Part shown: in pieces, positions 9,536 to 18,247 of the stretch
Numbering within the stretch: position 1 is the first letter of the stretch
How the letters are laid out: every line of letters starts with the position of its first letter
Origin: Capsulimonadales bacterium
GTDB lineage: Bacteria; Armatimonadota; Armatimonadia; Armatimonadales; Armatimonadaceae
Direction: 5' to 3'
Length of the DNA stretch: 51,587 nucleotides
Assembly: GCA_033762295.1 (NCBI GenBank)
Contig: JANRLW010000082.1
Location: 1 to 51,587 of the forward strand
Notes under the pieces: model-generated
The model's database searches: none
Seen by the model: only the letters and a program-made list of their open reading frames with translations
What the model was told of the DNA's origin: nothing
Position numbers and translations under genes: made by a program

Positions 9536-10168
9536 ATGTCCCACTTTGCTGTTACCGTATTGCTACCACCGGAAGAGGCCATCAGTCGAGACGCCGCAGA
9601 AAAAGCGATCGAAGGGCGTCTTCTTCCCTATTCAGAACATCTGGCAGTTGCTCCCTACGAATCGACCTGTAGCTGTTGCGACGACCCAGGTGAGGTCCCT
9701 GATCCCGCGTGTGAGGATTGCGCAGGCACAGGACGATACATCACTACCGTCAATCCTGAATCCAAGTGGGATTGGTGGCAGATCGGTGGACGTTTCACCG
9801 GTTTCTGGGTCGCCGATTATGACCCCGAAAAGGATCCGCGGAATCAAGAGCCCTGTTATAATTGCAACGGACCAAACGCCCGTTACGAACAAGCCTCCTG
9901 CCTGACCTGCAACGGAGAAGGAATCCTCCCAAAATGGCCCACCCAATGGCGTCCCTTTGAGAACGATATTCTTCCCGTATCGGAGATCATATCGAAAGCG
10001 ATCACTTACGCTCTGGTGACGCCGGATGGAAAATGGTTTGAAAGGGAGCCTGATATCTATGACGATGAGCTTTACGATGCCGCTTACGAAACATGGGAGG
10101 CGGAGTATCGCCGGTTATTGGCGGGGTACGGGGATTTTATTGCCGTTATCGTAGACTGTCACATCTGA
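9536..10168 (+). CDS. Hypothetical protein with DnaJ-like CxxCxG zinc-finger motifs
   Basis: CSCC, CEDCAGTG, CYNCNG, CLTCNGEG; also a KWDWWQIGGRF motif. Confidence 0.75.
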   Translation: MSHFAVTVLLPPEEAISRDAAEKAIEGRLLPYSEHLAVAPYESTCSCCDDPGEVPDPACEDCAGTGRYITTVNPESKWDWWQIGGRFTGFWVADYDPEKDPRNQEPCYNCNGPNARYEQASCLTCNGEGILPKWPTQWRPFENDILPVSEIISKAITYALVTPDGKWFEREPDIYDDELYDAAYETWEAEYRRLLAGYGDFIAVIVDCHI

Positions 10169-10234
10169 GTGATGACCGTTTGGAAAGTGATTTTGTATTC
10201 CGATCATATCCCAACGCCAAGGAAAGGGGCGATT

Positions 10235-10744
10235 ATGGCAGCGCCGGATAGACTGCGTATCCCCTATGAAGACGATGAATATAGCCGATTCGACCTCGTT
10301 GGCAAATATGGCGAGGATCAGCAGTTCATGGCATTTATCACCGGAGCGATGCCGATGGACTGGTCGGTCGATAACTATTCCGAATTGTACTTAAGGACGA
10401 ACTGGCAGCGTCATAAGCGATGGTACGCTGTCGTACACCATTTTGATGCCGACGGCAATCACCTTCGGACGGATGCCCGACTGGGCGGTACGGATGATGA
10501 TCCACAGATTTGGGATCAGGCAGACCAACATCTGAAAACTCTGGTGGATGAACTCGGCCCTCTCCGACTTGAAGATATAAACGTTTGTCTGTTCTCGGTT
10601 GAAATCGATAACTATCTGTTCGGCCTGATATATGAGCGTTTAGAAGAAGATGTGGCACCAGAGGAAGATATTGATTGGGTGATGCTTGAGCCGAACGATA
10701 TCATGTTTCATCGCCCCTGGGATAGTGGCGAGTATTCAACTTAA
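10235..10744 (+). CDS. Acidic hypothetical protein
   Basis: GGAAAGGGG before ATG 10235; motifs RWYAVVHHFDADGNH and PWDSGEYST; function unknown. Confidence 0.7.
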   Translation: MAAPDRLRIPYEDDEYSRFDLVGKYGEDQQFMAFITGAMPMDWSVDNYSELYLRTNWQRHKRWYAVVHHFDADGNHLRTDARLGGTDDDPQIWDQADQHLKTLVDELGPLRLEDINVCLFSVEIDNYLFGLIYERLEEDVAPEEDIDWVMLEPNDIMFHRPWDSGEYST

Positions 10745-10926
10745 GGCGGACAGTTCGCGCTAAACGCTCCGAATGAATCTTCTAAAGCTGTCTCAACGTG
10801 TAATCGCACGAGAGTTCGGGCGTCTGATATAGAGACACTGTCATTCATACGGGCATTTTGGGCCTATAGGGTATAATCTGCCCGATACCGTCTTCCCGAT
10901 TCGTCCTTCCTCAAAGGAGCAAAACC

Positions 10927-12018
10927 ATGCTTTCACTCACGAAGTGGTTGCCCGAAGGAGTCCGCAGACGCCCCGGACTGGTTCGGAATGTGGGGACCCT
11001 GTCACGTATCGCGTTGTCCGTTGCGGCTGTCTTAACCGTGCTCTCCGTACCCTACCGGCTGACACAACAGGCGTTGACGCCCGCCAAGCCCTCGTATTCG
11101 TTCCGCAAGGTCAGCCTGAGCGGATATGCGAACAGCGCCGTTTACACGACCAATCTCAAGGGAAATGCCATTGGTACGGCCTGGAATAAGCCCGATGACG
11201 GTTTCCATCCGTTTCTATGGCGCGGCGGTCAGGCGGTGGAGTTGGAAACTCCGGCAGGAGCGCAGGACACCATTGCCCTCGCAATCAACGACAACGACGA
11301 GATCGCTGGTGCGGCGCTTATGGCGGATGAGAGTGTTGTCGGCGTTGTCTGGCGTGGTCAGAAGGTGTTTTCGACAATTACTATCGAAGGCCATGATGTC
11401 TTCCCACATGGCATCAATAACGCCGGGCAGGTGGTGGGAACGCACAGTGAGCCTGGCTGAGGGACTCCGCAGACCGCCTTTGTGTGGTCGAACGGTCAGT
11501 TGACCGATCTTGGTGATTTTTTTCCTTTCTCTATCAACGCCAGGGGCGAGGTCGCCGGAGCAAAGCTTGCAGAAGCCGACGATGACGAAGACATTCGAAT
11601 CGATCCCGTGATCTACCAGCCCGGCAAGGGTCTGACGCTCCTCCCCCGCCCGCAGTGGGCCTCGATTGGCATCGCCTTTGGAATCAGCGACAACAGCAAA
11701 TGCGCGGGAATCATTACAAACTCCGACAGGGAACCCAAAGCGGTGCTCTGGGATAACGGGAAGCTGAACACGGTATCCAAACTGCCATCCATTGCCTATG
11801 ACGTCAACAACAAGGGTCAGGCAGTCGGTGTTGCGGCACGGCGGCGCGGCATCGAAGCCGTTCTCTGGGAAGGAAACCGGGAACGGTTTCTCAACGATAC
11901 GATCTCGGACGCCGAAGGGTTCCTGGTGTCTGCGCTTGACATTAATGAACGGGGCCAGATCAGCGGAAGCGGGTTACAAAACGGATATCAGTTCGGCTAC
12001 ATTCTCACCCCGAAGTGA
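10927..12018 (+). pseudogene. Extracellular HAF-repeat protein interrupted by one in-frame TGA at 11458..11460
   Basis: ORFs 10927..11460 and 11482..12018 share a frame; INDNDEIAG, INNAGQVVG, INARGEVAG, VNNKGQAVG and INERGQISG repeats continue across the stop. Confidence 0.75.
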
Positions 12019-12067
12019 AGAAATTCCGACAGTCTGGGGATCGATCACATGAGTTTACCGAATTGGA

Positions 12068-12115
12068 CCAGCGGCATGGGAAAGAGCGATTTGCGACGCT
12101 TTCCCGTGCCGCTGG
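12068..12115. terminator. Stem-loop downstream of the HAF-repeat gene, probable terminator
   Basis: CCAGCGGCATGGGAAAG ... CTTTCCCGTGCCGCTGG inverted repeat. Confidence 0.5.
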
Positions 12116-12170
12116 CGGCCTTCCTACGTTGCTTCACGCCCTTTGAATCCTTGATTTTTCCTATCGAGCG

Positions 12171-12380
12171 ATGATGCGTTTTATGCCGTTCGGCAGTTTT
12201 GCGCTTCGTGCCAGCAGCAACCCGGAAACGGAGCAGTTCGCGGTCACCTTTGCCTACAAAAACCCGGCTCGTTCCGGTTTATCCTCACCCGATACGACGA
12301 TTCTCGGGTATATTTCCGGTCGCCATGGTCGCGCGGTCATGTATTTCGACGGGCATATCAAATGGGAGAACAATCCGTAA
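12171..12380 (+). pseudogene. Probable C-terminal remnant of a prepilin-like (H-X9-DG type) gene
   Basis: Ends in RHGRAVMYFDGHIKW, resembling the FVDGHAKW and YLDGHAG tails of the intact DUF1559 genes in this window; no pilin N-terminus. Confidence 0.4.
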
Positions 12381-12390
12381 TCGGCGCGAT

Positions 12391-13254
12391 TCACTCCCCG
12401 GATCGATTGCGCCAGCTGTGGACAGGTTCGTAGCCGAGGAGACGTTTCGCTTTCTCGATCGAAAGCAGCGTTTCGTTCGGGCCGAACTCCCGCTTCGCCG
12501 GGACGTCCGGGAAGAACTCGGCCAGCAGTTCGGCGTTCGGACGATCCAGAACCGTGTCGGCGTTGGCGATGATAAAGACCTCCGCGCCCTTGATCGGGGC
12601 TTCGAGCCCTTTGCGGATCGCCTGGGCGGCGTCGCGGGCGTCAATATATCCCCACAGGTTCCACTTGCGCCACTCGGGGTGGTCGTTATACTCCGGGAAG
12701 CGGGCATAGTCGCCCGGTTCCATGATGTTGGAGAACCGCAGTCCGATGATTTTCATTTCGGGGTCCCAACGGCAGAACTGCTGCGCCATCGTCTCCGTCA
12801 GCGCCTTGGAGAGCGAGTAGGCGCTCTCCGGGCGCGGCGCGTACTCCTCATCCACCGGCACATAGGGAGGCGGCGTGTCGAACGGAAGCCCAAGCACCGT
12901 CTCGCTCGACGCCCAGACGATGTTTTTGATCCCCAGACGCCGCGCCGCCTCGAAGACGTGGTAGTCCGAGAGCGTGTTATTGCGAAACGTATGGGCGTTG
13001 GGATGCAGGCGCGGCGCGGGAATGGCCGCCAGATGCACGACGGCATCGACCGACCGCGCGCCGTCGCCGCCCGACAGCGCGTCGATGGTCTGGCCGTAGT
13101 CCGTCAGATCGACCAGAATCGACGGGTACCAGCGGTCACGGTAGGTCGGCGCAACCCGGTCGAGAACCAGAACTTCGTAACCATGGTCGAGCAGGTCGGC
13201 GACGCAGGCGCGGCCCGCTTTGCCGTTGCCGCCGGTGACGGCGATTCGCTTCAT
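12391..13254 (-). CDS. NAD-dependent epimerase/dehydratase
   Basis: IAVTGGNGKAG Rossmann motif; VVHLAA; YSLSK catalytic YxxxK. Confidence 0.92.
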   Translation of the reverse strand: MKRIAVTGGNGKAGRACVADLLDHGYEVLVLDRVAPTYRDRWYPSILVDLTDYGQTIDALSGGDGARSVDAVVHLAAIPAPRLHPNAHTFRNNTLSDYHVFEAARRLGIKNIVWASSETVLGLPFDTPPPYVPVDEEYAPRPESAYSLSKALTETMAQQFCRWDPEMKIIGLRFSNIMEPGDYARFPEYNDHPEWRKWNLWGYIDARDAAQAIRKGLEAPIKGAEVFIIANADTVLDRPNAELLAEFFPDVPAKREFGPNETLLSIEKAKRLLGYEPVHSWRNRSGE

Positions 13255-13269
13255 CTCAGAGTCGTCTTT

Positions 13270-15009
13270 CTATTCCGATTTTTGCGGAGCGGTTCGCTCC
13301 GAGATACCGTTCTCGTTGAACGCCTCGATCCGGAAATAGTAGGTCCGGTCGCGGTCCATCGCCCGAAAATAGTATTCGCTGCTGCCATAGACCATAACAC
13401 TTGTATACATCTTGTCGGGCGCGATCCCGCAGTAGATCACGTACCCGGTGGCGTCCGGCGACACCTGCCATTTCAGCCAGGCGTTCCGACGGTCCGCACC
13501 GTTGCCGTACTCCCCGCGCAATACGACGAAGTTTTTCACCGGCTCCGGGCGTTTGCCCTTCCCCTTTCCGAACGCGCGGAACCCGCTGAGCGCAAACTTC
13601 CCGGTCGGAACATGTCGATTCTCGATCCGCAGGTATCGGGCCTCGACCGGCGTCGGCAGTTCGATGTAATCGTGCGGAACGTCGGTTCGGTTCCGGCTCT
13701 TGTCCATGATCGTCGTCCAGGTCGTACCGTCCGTCGATGCCTGAACCACGTACTGATGGTACAGTCCGGGCACCTTGCCCATCACCTCGGCGTCCTGATC
13801 CGCATAGTTGATCTGGATGGCGTTCACCGTCGAAACCTCGCCCAGATCGCTCTCGAACCATTCTCCCGCGTCGCCGGTCTTCGCACTCCAGTAGGTCTTC
13901 ATATCCTCGTCGACCGCCAGATTCGGCGAAAACCCGCCGAGCGTCGAGGAGGCGCGTACCGGCTTGGCATAGTTCAGCAGCATCCAGCCGGCGAACATCC
14001 CGTTCAGATGATCCTGATCCTTTTTATGCGGCAGGAAGTGCGGGTAATCACCGTAGGCCGTGTTGCAGTACATCAGGTCCTCTTTGTCAAAACCGGCGGG
14101 CCAGATACCGATCCGCCGCTCGAAATTGTTCTTCACGGCGATCGTGATGGTCGACGTATGCCACCAGTTGCCGTAGACATCCTGGTACGTCGCGCCATGT
14201 CCCGCGCCCCGCGCGAATCCGCCCGGCTTGTAGGACATCGGGTTATGCGCCTGATACCGGAACGGCCCGAGCGGCCTGTCGCTCACATAAACGCCGTCCG
14301 CATAGCCGGAAAACTCGGTGCCGGGCGCACCGTACTGCAGGTAGTACTTGCCGTTATGCTTGGTCACCCACGCGCCTTCCATGAACGGCCGGAGGAACGT
14401 GTTGTCCTGTGCCTCGCCGAACCGCTCCCAGCCGTGGATTTCGTCCTGGAGACGGATCAGTTCGGTCCTCTGCCCGATCGGTTGCAGGGTCTTCCGGTCG
14501 ATCTCCCAGCCGTAGATCGGGTACAGGTTGCTGGAACCGTAGTAGAGATAGAGTTTTTCGTCGTCGTCGAGCAGGAAGGCCGGGTCCCATGCGCCCGCCT
14601 GAAACTTTTCCACCGCCTCCGTCCACTCATCGACCCGGGGGTTGACGCTTTTCCAGATCGGGAAGTCCTGCGTATGGGTCGAACCGATCACGTACAGCGC
14701 ATCGTCCATCACGAACGGCGCGGGCGCGCAGAGTTCGTCGTAGACCTTGTGCCAGGGCTTGAGGAACTTTCGCGGCACGAAGGTCCAGTTCAGCATATCG
14801 CCGCTCCGCCAGTAGCCCCACTGGTTGGTGGAGAAGAGGTAGTACTCGTTGCGAAAGACGACGATCGCCGGGTCGGCGGTGGCGCGATGCTTGCCCTGTT
14901 CGGTGAAGTTGGGAATCGGGCAGTATCCGTAATCCACGTTAATCGGGTTACAGTAGGTCTTTTGCGGTGGCGCGGAAACGACGGCGGGTGCGACGGCGGC
15001 GGGAATCAA
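13270..15009 (-). CDS. Glycoside hydrolase family 43 with F5/8 type C and FN3-like C-terminal domains
   Basis: ADPAIV, WDPAFLLDDD, FMEGAWVTKHNGKYYLQYG, GAGHG motifs; TTG start at 15009 chosen because it follows AGGAG and a TATAAT at 15040..15045 (ORF track start is 15060). Confidence 0.88.
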   Translation of the reverse strand: MIPAAVAPAVVSAPPQKTYCNPINVDYGYCPIPNFTEQGKHRATADPAIVVFRNEYYLFSTNQWGYWRSGDMLNWTFVPRKFLKPWHKVYDELCAPAPFVMDDALYVIGSTHTQDFPIWKSVNPRVDEWTEAVEKFQAGAWDPAFLLDDDEKLYLYYGSSNLYPIYGWEIDRKTLQPIGQRTELIRLQDEIHGWERFGEAQDNTFLRPFMEGAWVTKHNGKYYLQYGAPGTEFSGYADGVYVSDRPLGPFRYQAHNPMSYKPGGFARGAGHGATYQDVYGNWWHTSTITIAVKNNFERRIGIWPAGFDKEDLMYCNTAYGDYPHFLPHKKDQDHLNGMFAGWMLLNYAKPVRASSTLGGFSPNLAVDEDMKTYWSAKTGDAGEWFESDLGEVSTVNAIQINYADQDAEVMGKVPGLYHQYVVQASTDGTTWTTIMDKSRNRTDVPHDYIELPTPVEARYLRIENRHVPTGKFALSGFRAFGKGKGKRPEPVKNFVVLRGEYGNGADRRNAWLKWQVSPDATGYVIYCGIAPDKMYTSVMVYGSSEYYFRAMDRDRTYYFRIEAFNENGISERTAPQKSE

Positions 15010-15101
15010 AGGGACACTCCTGATGAAACGGTTAATGCCATTATAGCCGTCCCCGGACATTCCGGCTACCCGTCCCCGGATCCGGGTATACTCAAGGGTG
15101 T

Positions 15102-15986
15102 ATGTTCGATGCCACCGTCACGCCGACCCGCTCCCTGCGGATCGCCTACCTGACCGAAATGCACCTTCAGCCGGAACGGGGAGCGGCGGACGGCGTACGC
15201 GCCTGTTTCCGTCAGGTCTACGCACTGACGGACGCGCCGGACCTGATTCTGAACGGCGGCGACCTGATTATGGACGCCTCGGCGGAGGACTGGGCGCGGG
15301 CCAATCTCCAGTTCGATCTCTGGGAGGCGATCGCGGGCGAATTCGACCGCATCCCCGTCTTTCACTGCCTGGGTAACCACGACATCTGGGGCTGGCATCG
15401 GAAAAGCGGATGCACCGGCGACGAACCGTTGTTCGGCAAGGGACTGGCGATGGCCCGGCTGAAGATGGAGCATCCGTATTACCGGCTCGACCGGGGAACC
15501 TGGCGTTTCCTGGTTCTGGGCAGTATCTCCCGGGGGGGCAACGACGATTTTGAGGCGCGTCTGGACCCCGGTCAGTTCGAATGGCTGCGCCAGGAACTGC
15601 GGGATACGCCGTCGGATCGACATATCGTCATCGTTTCCCACGCCCCGCTGCTGGGCGGCGGTTGTCTGTTCTTCTCGGGAACGCCCGGCGAACGGGAGAA
15701 GACCGGTCACTGGATCATTCCGGGAAGCTGGCTGCATACCGACGCCCGGACGATCCATGACCTGCTGGTGCGTCACCCCTCGGTCCGGCTCTGCCTGAGC
15801 GGCCACACCCACCTCTACGAACAGCTGACCTATAACGGCATCACCTACATCAACGGCGGTTCGGTGAGCGGTCGCTGGTGGCGCGGGGCGTACCATCGCA
15901 CGTCGCCCGGTTTCGGTCTGCTCGACCTGTTCTCGAACGGATCGTTTCATTTTCAATACGTTCCGACCGCCCCGGAGGAAACTTAA
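15102..15986 (+). CDS. Calcineurin-like metallophosphoesterase
   Basis: GGDLIMD, GNHD, SH and SGHTH motifs; the first motif reads EMH instead of DxH. Confidence 0.88.
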   Translation: MFDATVTPTRSLRIAYLTEMHLQPERGAADGVRACFRQVYALTDAPDLILNGGDLIMDASAEDWARANLQFDLWEAIAGEFDRIPVFHCLGNHDIWGWHRKSGCTGDEPLFGKGLAMARLKMEHPYYRLDRGTWRFLVLGSISRGGNDDFEARLDPGQFEWLRQELRDTPSDRHIVIVSHAPLLGGGCLFFSGTPGEREKTGHWIIPGSWLHTDARTIHDLLVRHPSVRLCLSGHTHLYEQLTYNGITYINGGSVSGRWWRGAYHRTSPGFGLLDLFSNGSFHFQYVPTAPEET

Positions 15987-16000
15987 TACTCCCTTAACAC
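15982..16000 (+). promoter_or_regulatory. Pho-box-like direct repeat upstream of the first prepilin gene
   Basis: CTTAATAC-TCC-CTTAACAC, 11-bp period; -10-like TATATT at 16020. Confidence 0.45.
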
Positions 16001-16168
16001 AATGGGACGTCGATAATGATATATTGGAGGGCGTAAGAATACGGTAAGACAACGTATTCCTGCGAGACTGCGGTTCGGAAAGACACTGCGCCCACGTCCG
16101 CCATCATCGTTCGGCTCCGGCGGAGCCGTATCCCTTCGGGGAACCGACGCTGTTTGGGAGGCTACCGT

Positions 16169-16960
16169 ATGTCTTTCGCATCTCGTAACGGCCGCCTGCG
16201 CGCCTTTACGCTGATAGAGTTGCTTGTCGTCATCGCCATTATCGCGATCCTTGCCGCCATTCTCTTCCCCGTGTTTGCTCAGGCTCGCAAAGCGGCCCGA
16301 ACCACCAGTACGCTTTCCAACCTGAAGCAGATCGGCCTTGCCAGCCTGATGTACGCTCAGGACTATGATGATGGGGTTGTCCTGACCGACCAGGCGCCGA
16401 CCTCCACGGTCGCGCCGCCGACGTGGGCGACCCTGCTTCGCCCGTACATCAAGAGCGACGGTCTCTGCTGGGACCCCGCCCGGCCCGTTCGTCCCACCGA
16501 AACCTACGGCGGATACCATCCCGACCTGCTGACGACGTTCGCTATCAACGACGCCGGGACTGCCGGTTATTTCCAGGGCAGTTGGCAGAACTGGGGCGCG
16601 TACGTCTATGGGCGCAAACTGACATCGCAGGAGTTCCCCGCCGAAAGGATGCACTTTATTCCGATCATGTGGCAGGGAACCGATGTCGGCTGGTACTATC
16701 TTCGGAACTACCAGGCGTCGTGGCCCGATATGAGCCGGGACTATACCGCCTGGTCCTGGTATAACAACGTCTGGCAGACCCGCCTTTTCCATTCCGGAAA
16801 CACGATTCCGGTCGTCTACCTCGACGGTCACGCGGGCAAGGTGAAGCGCGATAAGTTTATCTCCTGGGACGAAGCTCCGTCCCGCGCCGACTGGGATCGG
16901 TTGATGCGTGAACGCAACCTCTACCGGTTCTGGGGCAATACCTGGAGCGCCACCGAATGA
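16169..16960 (+). CDS. Prepilin-type N-terminal cleavage/methylation, DUF1559-type protein
   Basis: [29 protein letters not shown]...SNLKQIG; C-terminal H...YLDGH; GGGAGG RBS. Confidence 0.92.
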   Translation: MSFASRNGRLRAFTLIELLVVIAIIAILAAILFPVFAQARKAARTTSTLSNLKQIGLASLMYAQDYDDGVVLTDQAPTSTVAPPTWATLLRPYIKSDGLCWDPARPVRPTETYGGYHPDLLTTFAINDAGTAGYFQGSWQNWGAYVYGRKLTSQEFPAERMHFIPIMWQGTDVGWYYLRNYQASWPDMSRDYTAWSWYNNVWQTRLFHSGNTIPVVYLDGHAGKVKRDKFISWDEAPSRADWDRLMRERNLYRFWGNTWSATE

Positions 16961-17151
16961 GCCGTCGCGTTCTCTGGCGTTCCCTTGTGTTCGCACTTGG
17001 GTTTCTCCTCATCGCGTGTCTGACGGGTTGCGAGGAAAAGCCGGTCGGATACGAACATAAGCCCCCGCCGGCGGGTGGTCCGAAGCCCGGAGGTCCCCGG
17101 GGCGACGGCGCACGTCCGCCGGGCGAAGTGGAATCGGGCGCCACTCGCTAA
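16957..17151 (+). CDS. Small Pro/Gly-rich lipoprotein
   Basis: ATGA overlap with the prepilin gene; LTGC lipobox. Confidence 0.65.
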   Translation: MSRRVLWRSLVFALGFLLIACLTGCEEKPVGYEHKPPPAGGPKPGGPRGDGARPPGEVESGATR

Positions 17152-17202
17152 GATGGTTTGTCGAATCTCCGGGAGAGACGCCTCCGCGTATCTCCCGGAA
17201 AA

Positions 17203-17247
17203 CTTAACCTTTTCTTAACCCGGTCCGGCCGGTTCGACGGTTATAAT
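17203..17247 (+). promoter_or_regulatory. Pho-box-like direct repeat plus TATAAT promoter
   Basis: CTTAACCT-TTT-CTTAACCC (11-bp period) and a perfect TATAAT at 17242..17247. Confidence 0.6.
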
Positions 17248-17306
17248 CCAACGGGAAAGCCTTTTCTCATCGTTCTTCAATTTCAATAGATTCGAAAGGT
17301 CCTTTG

Positions 17307-18167
17307 ATGACTCGCAAAGCGTTTACCTTGATCGAGCTTCTCGTCGTTATCGCCATTATCGCGATTCTTGCCGCTATCCTGTTCCCGGTCTTCGGACAGG
17401 CCCGCGAATCCGCCCGCCAGACCAACTGTCTGTCCAACCTGAAGCAGATCGCTCTCGCCGACCTGATGTATGCTCAGGACTACGATGAGCGCATGGTTCC
17501 GGTTGGCGGCACCTCCGAGAAGGCGTGGCCGGCCAATACCGAACCGCTCCAGATGACCCGCACCGCCACCGATCCGGCCACCGGCACGACGACCGAGAAG
17601 CCGGTCAGCGGTTGGTCGCTCAACCTTCTGCCCTACATCAAGAGCCGCGACCTGTTCCAGTGCCCGTCCATGGACAAGACCTTCGCCGGCGGCGGCGACT
17701 GCGCCAACTACAACGGCCGGCCGATGACCAACCACTACGCCTACAACTACTGGCTCGGCGCGGACGATACCTACCCCTTCGGCGACTACCTGGTGGTTCC
17801 GAACGGCAAACGGTTCGACAGCCCGATCACCCTGGCCGCCATCAGCCAGCCGGCGAACGTCATCTCCCACTTCCACTCCGGTTCCGTTCCTCCGTACGGC
17901 CGTACCTGGGGATGCGTTTACGTGACGATCGAACTGCCGGACTTCTACAACAAGATCCGCCCGCGCATCCGCCACAAGAACGGCGACAACTTCTCCTTCG
18001 TCGACGGCCATGCCAAGTGGTACGAAATGAAGACCGGTGACTCCGCCGGTATCAACAACGGTGGCGGTCCGACCGACGACATCCGCATCTGGCAGTCGCG
18101 CGGTATCTGGATGTATCCGGGCTTCCCGGAGGATAACGGTGGCTTCCAGGCTCCGTTGATCCGCTAG
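17307..18167 (+). CDS. Prepilin-type DUF1559 / H-X9-DG protein
   Basis: [25 protein letters not shown]...[24 protein letters not shown]. Confidence 0.93.
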   Translation: MTRKAFTLIELLVVIAIIAILAAILFPVFGQARESARQTNCLSNLKQIALADLMYAQDYDERMVPVGGTSEKAWPANTEPLQMTRTATDPATGTTTEKPVSGWSLNLLPYIKSRDLFQCPSMDKTFAGGGDCANYNGRPMTNHYAYNYWLGADDTYPFGDYLVVPNGKRFDSPITLAAISQPANVISHFHSGSVPPYGRTWGCVYVTIELPDFYNKIRPRIRHKNGDNFSFVDGHAKWYEMKTGDSAGINNGGGPTDDIRIWQSRGIWMYPGFPEDNGGFQAPLIR

Positions 18168-18247
18168 TCCGACGACCTTCGTAGTCGACAACCCTGGCCC
18201 CATCCACCTATCGGATGGGGCCGATCACCTCACCGATCGGTAGTTTC

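Noticed and set aside
12199..15153. 984-aa plus-strand ORF
   Set aside because: Antisense shadow of the GH43 and epimerase genes
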